DNA from: Candidatus Iainarchaeum sp.
Lineage (GTDB): Archaea > Iainarchaeota > Iainarchaeia > Iainarchaeales > JAFCCJ01
Assembly (NCBI GenBank): GCA_043816965.1
Contig: JBDRHK010000074.1
Location: 1 to 22,925, forward strand
Direction: 5' to 3'
Length of the DNA stretch: 22,925 nucleotides
Below are positions 17,003 to 22,925 of this stretch, piece after piece (the first letter of the stretch is position 1; every line of letters begins with the position of its first letter). Made by a program: the position numbers and the translations under genes. The notes under the pieces are model-generated. The model worked only from the letters and a program-made list of their open reading frames with translations, was not told the DNA's origin and ran no database searches.

Positions 17003-18370
17003 ATGGACAAATCAAAACCCGAAAAAATTTCTTTAATGACTTTTGTGACTCTTTCTAGCATCATAGTAGCAATATTAGCTACTTATTTTGAATTATTTAA
17101 TACTCCTGTAGAAATAATAGAAGTATCTTTTATTCTGGTTTTTTTATTGTTCGGCACTATTATGGCGAAAAAATATAAAGTTGAACTCATAGAAGTGCTT
17201 AAGGGGTCTCTTATAGTTGGAACTGTTTGGCTTTTTACAGGGACAGCTGTTTCACTTGTGATTGTTGGAGGATCTTTACCTGAAGATATCGGAATCATAT
17301 GGGTCGGAGGAATTATTTTTAGCATCCTTTTTTCTAGAATTGGAGCACAATCAGTTTCAGAATTTGCTTTTGTAAAACCTTCAGCCTCCCCATCCCCTTC
17401 TAGTAAATCAAAAAATAGTCCTGGGACTCTATATGAAACTGACTCGAGACAATTACTCTTTCGTTTGGTTTTAAGTAAACCCGGAAAAAAAGATGAAACT
17501 TTTGAGGATACTGTCAAAATATTGCTGGACCAATTAAAAGAGACAGGCTTGTCCAAGGATACAGAAATGAAAGAGGGATTACATGAAAGCGATAACTTTA
17601 CCCTGTTTGAGTTGTTTTTCCGTTCAGACATGCCTGAAGAAGTTAAAATGCAATATGATTTGTTCAAGAAAAATTTCCAGCTCATGTTGCTAAAAAACAA
17701 AAAATATAAAGGATACGATTTATCAAACACCGCATATTACACCCTAAACGAGTCTGAAAAAACGATTCCTATCAAGTTGGATGAAATTATTTTCAAAATA
17801 AATCTAGGAATAGGCGGCACTGGGATGACAGTCCATCACGAGAATATGCCCAAAGAAATTAAATTTGAGAAATTTATTGAAACAGTCAATAAAGACATGG
17901 GGACTAAATATTATGTCAATCTGTATTTGAGATACTATGCTTCGGAGTTAAACGAATCTTTTTACACTTTGATTAAGGATGTGAACAAATATCTTGCATC
18001 AAAAAAGCTTATTATCGAATCATTCGACATGCAAGATGTGAAAAAACGGTATAAAGATGCTCAACAAGAATGTGTGGATAATTTTAGCTCAGATTTGGGC
18101 GAAAAATTTAAACAAAAAGGCATTGACGATGGCAGCGAAAAAGAAATCGCAAAAGAAGTTGTGGAAAAAGGGTTCACTAAAATCAATATCTTTAATAGGG
18201 ATATAGAAGGCATAGAACTGAAAAAGTTTGAGAAAATTCAAGAAGAACTTTTTAAGAACATTCCTTCCGAAGAATTTGGCTTCGAGTACGACATTGTAAT
18301 TACAACCTTCACAGTTGCGATATCAAGATATGGCTGCTATACTCTCTTTAAACCACCGAAAATTGAATAA
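17003..18370 (+). CDS. Membrane protein with about four N-terminal TM helices, an S/P linker and a large soluble domain; function unknown
   Basis: ATG 17003 follows GGGTGA. Four hydrophobic segments lie in the first ~115 aa, followed by a PSASPSPSSKS linker. Confidence 0.75.
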   Translation: MDKSKPEKISLMTFVTLSSIIVAILATYFELFNTPVEIIEVSFILVFLLFGTIMAKKYKVELIEVLKGSLIVGTVWLFTGTAVSLVIVGGSLPEDIGIIWVGGIIFSILFSRIGAQSVSEFAFVKPSASPSPSSKSKNSPGTLYETDSRQLLFRLVLSKPGKKDETFEDTVKILLDQLKETGLSKDTEMKEGLHESDNFTLFELFFRSDMPEEVKMQYDLFKKNFQLMLLKNKKYKGYDLSNTAYYTLNESEKTIPIKLDEIIFKINLGIGGTGMTVHHENMPKEIKFEKFIETVNKDMGTKYYVNLYLRYYASELNESFYTLIKDVNKYLASKKLIIESFDMQDVKKRYKDAQQECVDNFSSDLGEKFKQKGIDDGSEKEIAKEVVEKGFTKINIFNRDIEGIELKKFEKIQEELFKNIPSEEFGFEYDIVITTFTVAISRYGCYTLFKPPKIE

Positions 18371-18406
18371 ATATTTGAATACTACTTCTGCAAATCATTC
18401 CGCAAA

Positions 18407-19867
18407 TCACCTCGCCTTCAATCTCTGCAACATTTGTTGTGTACTCAATTCAGGTCTATTCCTAATATCATCTAAAAGGATTAGCAATCTTTCCTCAATC
18501 TCTTTTTCCTTTTGGTCTAAATCCCTTTCCTTCATCACGGTTTTAATTGATAGGGGAGCTCCGCATCTGATACAATATTCTCTTGTGGAATGATTCTCTG
18601 CCGTGCAAATCTCGCAAGTTAAGATATTCAACAAAGGCTTGGCTTCCATCTCCTTCTTCAAGCCCAAGGGCTTTAATAATTTGTTTGTCAAGTGGCTGTT
18701 GCTTAGATGGGTGTAAATTGCAGAGGTATTGGAGGCATCACTCCACCCACCAAATTTGTTTAACTCCAGATTGTTTAAATTTTTATCAATCAGATTAGTT
18801 ATTCTGCTGTGGCGCAGCAAGTGAACAAAAACGTGTTTTTTAATCCCTGCCTTTTTTGCCGTCTTTTTAACAATACTCAATATGCTGGTTGCCCTAATGG
18901 GATAATTCCTGAACTTATTTTTATAAGTCCCAATCGGAACAAACAAAGCAATGTCTGGCTCATCTTTTGCAGGATGCCATTGTAGCCATTGGCGAATAAG
19001 CGGAGCGGATGTAATAAAGGGAAGCGTTCTTTCGCCTGTCTTTCCGCTTACAGTTACCTGATATATTTGAGGGTATTCTGGATGAGGAATCAAACTCCCA
19101 ATGGTTAGATTTGTCAATTCCGAGACCCTCAGTCCGCCTTCCCAAGTCATCGAAATTATGCACTTGTCCCTTGGGTTTTCAGCCGCCTCAATCATTTGCT
19201 TTATTTCTTTTTCTGATAAGATATCCTCCCAATTAACTTTTTTTGGGCCTTGCCTAATCTTTATCCATGAAACACTCTCTGGCGCTGTGCCTTTATTCAG
19301 CCATTTAAAAAAAGTTTTAATAGGGGTGATTGACCCATTGTATGAATGAACTGAATATTTTTTTGAGGTATTAACTGTCGGAACCTCTGCGTTTTTATCC
19401 ATCACAAGAGAGACCCTTGTCCCATCCTTTTTCCTGCTAAACCCTTCATAATTTTCAATGAGTTTATTGATTAATTCCCATGCAAAGCTGTCACTACATT
19501 TCAAAACACGCTTCATTTCGGTGATTGAAATTTTCTTATTTGATTTAAGCAAGGCTAATAATTTGTTAAATTTTGTATTAACCTTAAAACTCCCATTTAG
19601 CATATTTCTACAATATTCCGACATATCCTTTTTAGTCAAATCAATAAATGGGGTATCAGGGTATTCCTTTGAAAGCCTCTTAATAGACTGGACAAAACTG
19701 ATATTAGAATGGGGCGAAAAGCCATTCAATTCTCTTTCATTGAGATATTCAACTACCTTGTCTTTGTTTTCTTGCAGGAAAGGCTCTTCCAGATAACTTT
19801 GTCTATAATTTGCATATTGGTTCTGCAATTTTTGTAACACTATCGGATTTATTTTTGCTCCAACCAC
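18407..19867 (-). CDS. Tyrosine recombinase/integrase with C-terminal Zn ribbon (SNJ2-like architecture)
   Basis: Catalytic motifs GLRVSEL, GKTG, HLLRHS, GW and IYTHL. C-terminal CEIC...CIRCG. Confidence 0.92.
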   Translation of the reverse strand: MVGAKINPIVLQKLQNQYANYRQSYLEEPFLQENKDKVVEYLNERELNGFSPHSNISFVQSIKRLSKEYPDTPFIDLTKKDMSEYCRNMLNGSFKVNTKFNKLLALLKSNKKISITEMKRVLKCSDSFAWELINKLIENYEGFSRKKDGTRVSLVMDKNAEVPTVNTSKKYSVHSYNGSITPIKTFFKWLNKGTAPESVSWIKIRQGPKKVNWEDILSEKEIKQMIEAAENPRDKCIISMTWEGGLRVSELTNLTIGSLIPHPEYPQIYQVTVSGKTGERTLPFITSAPLIRQWLQWHPAKDEPDIALFVPIGTYKNKFRNYPIRATSILSIVKKTAKKAGIKKHVFVHLLRHSRITNLIDKNLNNLELNKFGGWSDASNTSAIYTHLSNSHLTNKLLKPLGLKKEMEAKPLLNILTCEICTAENHSTREYCIRCGAPLSIKTVMKERDLDQKEKEIEERLLILLDDIRNRPELSTQQMLQRLKAR

Positions 19868-19920
19868 ATTTAATATTATAAATAAAAACCTTTTTAAATA
19901 TTATTAAAAATTAGTTTAAT

Positions 19921-19947
19921 GGTAATATATTATTTAAATATATTGCC
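19921..19947. repeat. Inverted repeat around a 7-bp spacer; candidate recombination (att) core
   Basis: GGTAATATAT-TATTTAA-ATATATTGCC (arms 9/10 inverted), just upstream of the integrase. TATTTAAwTATA recurs at 6236-6247. Confidence 0.4.
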
Positions 19948-20004
19948 AGAATTGGTTCGATTTTCAAACAGGAAAAGCTTTTTATATAAAAGAGCCCATT
20001 ACAT

Positions 20005-20102
20005 AAACAGAGGGCAAATTATCACCCCTAAATTCTGTATCGAAGACAAAAAGGCAATGGAGGAAAGTTTGGCTTAAAAACCGGCTTTCCTCTCTGTTTT
20101 TT
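20005..20102 (+). ncRNA. Candidate ~95-nt small RNA
   Basis: A plus-strand promoter GAAAAGCTTTTTATATAAA (19972-19990) has no ORF downstream. The ends pair (AAACAGAGGG with CTCTCTGTTT), there is a GAGGAAAG/CTTTCCTC hairpin, and a T6 run follows. Confidence 0.4.
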
Positions 20103-20136
20103 AAGAGATTTAAAATTCGATTTCTACCAGCTTAAT

Positions 20137-20355
20137 TTATTTCAAAAATTTCAGGAATTTGTTTTTGTCCATTTTGAGGTCTTGCTTGATTATCTTTGTC
20201 AGCAGTTTGATTCTGATTTCTTTATGCAGAGGAATTATTGTCGTCCTCCCATCTGAATGTTCAAAGAAAATGTGAGAGCCTTTTTGCCGGATTTCCTCAA
20301 AACCCAAATTGCGCAGTGCACTAATTACTTTGCGCGTTTTAACAGAACTAAGCAT
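20137..20355 (-). CDS. hicA: HicA-family mRNA interferase toxin
   Basis: LGFEEIRQKGSHIFF...TTIIPLH. ATG 20355 overlaps the end of hicB. Confidence 0.9.
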   Translation of the reverse strand: MLSSVKTRKVISALRNLGFEEIRQKGSHIFFEHSDGRTTIIPLHKEIRIKLLTKIIKQDLKMDKNKFLKFLK

Positions 20356-20572
20356 GCACCAAAACCTTTTCCACGCTGACAAAAGGAGTTTTCTTTTTAA
20401 GTTTGTTCTCTTTATGCACTTCCAAATAAAGCTCTATAGCCTCTTTAATATTTTTCAGTGCCTCCTTTTTGGTTTTTCCCTGGGTATGGCACCCAGGTAG
20501 CGCGGGAACATCTACAATAAACCAGCCGTCCTTGTCCTTTTCAATTACAACATCGAACTTTCTTTCATTCAT
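20348..20572 (-). CDS. hicB: HicB-family antitoxin (short form, no DNA-binding domain)
   Basis: VDVPALPGCHTQGKTKKEALKNIKEAIELYLE, with a GGTGA RBS and an AAAGCTTTTATTTA promoter upstream. Confidence 0.9.
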   Translation of the reverse strand: MNERKFDVVIEKDKDGWFIVDVPALPGCHTQGKTKKEALKNIKEAIELYLEVHKENKLKKKTPFVSVEKVLVHA

Positions 20573-20631
20573 TTTTTCACCTGATTATATATGGGTTTAT
20601 CATAAATAAAAGCTTTTGGTTATGTAGAAAT

Positions 20632-21216
20632 CTATTTTTTTCTTTTCCATGGCCGGTTGCGTTTCTCTTTCTTTGGTTTTGTTTCAGCAGGTTTTCCCTG
20701 AATCTTTTTCGGTTGCTTCTGCACTTCGGGTTGCACAGGGAAAATAGGTTCAGGCCATTTCAGAACCCTGGCAGATTTACCGTGAATTTCCACTTTTCCT
20801 TGCCCCATAGCATTCCTAAATTTTCTATCTACTTCTGGTTCTGTGCCCCACCAACTAAAACCGCTTTTGCTGTGCCTCTTCAGAGTTTGAAGCAGTAGCT
20901 CTGTAGCCATTGAATGCTTTTTGAAAATAGGATCGTAGCTGTAGGGTCTGTGAGTTGCCATAAACTTAATGAATAAGTTATTTGGGTTTCCCCTATCGCG
21001 ACCGTAGATAATATAGCCAGCTACCTCCTCACCATGCAAAAGTATGCCAAAATTGCTAGCAAACAAAGAAGTCTGCATACTTGGATTTTCCTTACTTCGT
21101 CCGGAAACTATATGTCGAAATGTTATGTCTTCATGTTTGTCAAAAGAACCACGTAGATCATGCATCTGAGAGACAGTCAATATTTCGTCGCACTTCTGGC
21201 CCTTCTCAGCAAACAC
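20632..21216 (-). CDS. Hypothetical protein, possibly GNAT-fold, with a basic low-complexity tail
   Basis: VAGYIIY...LFIKFMAT...FKKHSMATELL resembles GNAT motif A. The start codon is uncertain. Confidence 0.5.
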   Translation of the reverse strand: MFAEKGQKCDEILTVSQMHDLRGSFDKHEDITFRHIVSGRSKENPSMQTSLFASNFGILLHGEEVAGYIIYGRDRGNPNNLFIKFMATHRPYSYDPIFKKHSMATELLLQTLKRHSKSGFSWWGTEPEVDRKFRNAMGQGKVEIHGKSARVLKWPEPIFPVQPEVQKQPKKIQGKPAETKPKKEKRNRPWKRKK

Positions 21217-21274
21217 AAGCTTGAACTGTTCTGCCGTAATAATAGATAAAACCGGGGAAATATATTAAGTTTTC

Positions 21275-21628
21275 CTAAACCTTCCAGCTCAATTTATCCC
21301 CGATTTTAATTCCTTTCCCCTTCCCCTGCGGCAATTCAATCAGAAATTTCGCCGCCTTTTTCGGCGTGTAGTTCAGCAACCATGGCTGAACTGTCGCAAC
21401 ATCAACAACCTTTTTCCCAGAATCAAGGTACACAACATCTATCGGGAAGAAAACAAACAGCATGTGGATGCTTGCGCCAATTTTCGCCTCTCCCGCAAAT
21501 TCGAAAACCAGCCCATAATCAAACCTATCCTTCCGTTCAAACATCAAGCCCTTTAACTTAAGGAAATAATTATCCGCAAATTTCAGATTCCCAATCACTT
21601 CAGAATTAGTGGATTCGTTTCTCAGCAT
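21275..21628 (-). CDS. DUF192 family protein
   Basis: ADNYFLKLKGLMF...IHMLFVFFPIDVVYLD...LIELPQG. Confidence 0.88.
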   Translation of the reverse strand: MLRNESTNSEVIGNLKFADNYFLKLKGLMFERKDRFDYGLVFEFAGEAKIGASIHMLFVFFPIDVVYLDSGKKVVDVATVQPWLLNYTPKKAAKFLIELPQGKGKGIKIGDKLSWKV

Positions 21629-21638
21629 CAGAATCAGT

Positions 21639-21845
21639 TTAGTGTTTGCTTTTGGTTTCTCTCAGCATCTTCAGCTCAGGCACCTGTATCTCCTCAAGTA
21701 GTGACTTGGCCTGTGCCGAGCTTATTGTTTTCCCTTCCTCTTTTTCAAGGTCTGCCCTTAAATCATCGAGTTCATCAAGCTTGTCCCTCATGTCAGTGAG
21801 GATTCTTGTCATCCTGTCTTTTTTATGGGAAAGTCTTTTTTTCAT
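21639..21845 (-). CDS. Small coiled-coil hypothetical protein
   Basis: 68 aa with an AAGGTG RBS, co-oriented with DUF192. Confidence 0.6.
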   Translation of the reverse strand: MKKRLSHKKDRMTRILTDMRDKLDELDDLRADLEKEEGKTISSAQAKSLLEEIQVPELKMLRETKSKH

Positions 21846-21961
21846 TTCAGCACCTTAAGAAATATAGTGTATTCGCAACTATTTAAAGATAACCTTAAAA
21901 ATATAAAGAAGGCTTATAGATTATTGCGAAGCCTAACTTTGGGTTTCTTTTGGTGGTTTGA

Positions 21962-22660
21962 TTGGAACTGAATTCAATTGCATTTATTCCCGACGGAAAC
22001 CGCAGATATGCAAAGCTTGGCGGAATTAGCCTGCTTTCGTCCTATCAACTCGGCACCAATAAGGCCCATGAGGTCATTGACTGGCTGCTTAAATACCCGC
22101 AGATAAAAGTGGGGACTTTTTACACCCTTTCCCTTGAAAACATGAACAGGACAAAGCTTGAACTCCATGCATTGTACAAAATATTCGAAAAGGAGCTGGA
22201 CAAAGTTAATGAAGGCAGCAGTTTTGAGATTAACCAGATAAGGCTGCAATTCATAGGGAGGAGAAATATGTTCCCGCAGAAGCTGCAGGATAAAATGGCC
22301 GAGGCTGAAAAATTCACAGAAAACTTCTCCAACAAAACAATCAACCTTGCATTGGGATACAATGGCCAGGCAGAAATAGTTGATGCTGCAAAGAAACTTG
22401 CGCTTGATGCAAAGGAAAATAACCTTGATTTGGATTCAGTGGATGAAAAATCATTCAAAAAATATTTGTACAATGATTTTCCAAATCCTGACCTGTTAAT
22501 TCGCACCTCAGGAACCCACAGGCTGAGCGGCTTTCTCACATACCAATCCGCCTACTCCGAACTCTACTTCCTTGATAAGTACTGGCCAGAGATGGGCGAG
22601 GCAGACCTTACCACCGCCATTAGGGAATACTACGAAAGGCAGCGAAGATTTGGGAAGTAA
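21962..22660 (+). CDS. uppS: cis-prenyltransferase (undecaprenyl/polyprenyl diphosphate synthase)
   Basis: IAFIPDGNRR, SLEN, YNGQAEI and PDLLIRTSG..RLSGFL..Q..YSEL...RRFG. TTG start after GGTGG. Confidence 0.95.
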   Translation: MELNSIAFIPDGNRRYAKLGGISLLSSYQLGTNKAHEVIDWLLKYPQIKVGTFYTLSLENMNRTKLELHALYKIFEKELDKVNEGSSFEINQIRLQFIGRRNMFPQKLQDKMAEAEKFTENFSNKTINLALGYNGQAEIVDAAKKLALDAKENNLDLDSVDEKSFKKYLYNDFPNPDLLIRTSGTHRLSGFLTYQSAYSELYFLDKYWPEMGEADLTTAIREYYERQRRFGK

Positions 22661-22850
22661 AATCAGGTGCTGAACTGCAGAACTCTTGAGGGATTGGTGC
22701 ATGCTATTTGTTTATTTCCCTGGACTTTACTAAACCATTTATTTTTTCAATAAATTTTTCTGTTCTGTCATAAATTTCATTTAATAGTATCGGACTTTAA
22801 TTAGGAAACTTTTTATACTTGTTTGACCTACTATAATAGGTGATTATAGT

Positions 22851-22925
22851 ATGTCTTGGATTACTTCTGGAAACGATTTTCTTGAAGGCGTTTCTACAAA
22901 CGCCTTGCGCAAGGCGTTTGTTTCT
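22851..22925 (+). CDS. 5' end of a gene running off the window; possibly an IS630-type transposase N-terminus
   Basis: ATG follows AGGTGA and a GAAACTTTTTATA promoter. MSWITSGNDFLEGVSTNALRKAFVS recalls, from memory only, the N-termini of archaeal IS630 HTH transposases. Only 25 codons are visible. Confidence 0.4.
   Translation, partial: MSWITSGNDFLEGVSTNALRKAFVS

Larger units (their letters stand above)
6236..19947. mobile_element. Integrated ~13.7-kb element (satellite-like or defective provirus); boundaries approximate
   Basis: Tyrosine integrase at one end, replication helicase plus ori-like repeats, a tape-measure-like gene, small overlapping Zn-finger/HTH/RHH genes, and visibly higher AT content than the flanks. 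A candidate TATTTAAwTATA core occurs at 6236-6247 and 19931-19942. Confidence 0.8.

Noticed and set aside
16861..17064. 67-aa minus-strand ORF
   Set aside because: It overlaps head-to-head with the membrane-protein start, which has a good RBS, and has no RBS or motif of its own.
18388..18410. GCAAATCA direct repeat at the integrase 3' end as an att site
   Set aside because: It is only an 8-bp local duplication, and I found no counterpart at the left boundary.
19945..19970. GGTTCGA next to the integrase as a tRNA 3' half
   Set aside because: There is no T-stem pairing or acceptor stem, and no matching copy at the left edge.

Overview
Archaeal DNA, most plausibly DPANN and Diapherotrites/Iainarchaeota-like. 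This is inferred from GGTGA/GAGGTG ribosome-binding sites, AAAGxTTTTAWA-type BRE/TATA promoters, leaderless genes and gene content. The left host flank (1-6190, minus strand) holds a type IV pilus/secretion (TadA/CpaF/FlaI-type) ATPase fused in frame to a 16-cysteine polyferredoxin, which the ORF track missed. It also holds a KaiC/RAD55-like ATPase, two Cys-rich surface proteins and a small Zn-finger protein. The middle (~6236-19947) is an AT-rich integrated element of ~13.7 kb. It carries a tyrosine integrase with a C-terminal Zn ribbon, a divergent regulatory switch, Zn-finger and Sm-like genes, an AAA_25/RepA-type helicase followed by a palindromic iteron-like region, an RHH regulator, a tape-measure-like protein, a small beta-rich protein, a TerS-like protein, two DUF4352-like lipoproteins, a wHTH regulator and a membrane protein. 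No large terminase, portal, HK97 capsid or tail-tube gene is recognisable, so the architecture resembles a virus satellite. The element also hides two 18-22 aa hydrophobic 'MKW' micropeptides homologous to the lipoprotein signal peptides, each followed by a shared DNA motif. The right flank holds a candidate ~95-nt sRNA, hicB-hicA, a GNAT-like protein, DUF192, a small protein, uppS and the start of a possible IS630-type transposase. All family assignments are by-eye motif recognition; no searches were run.
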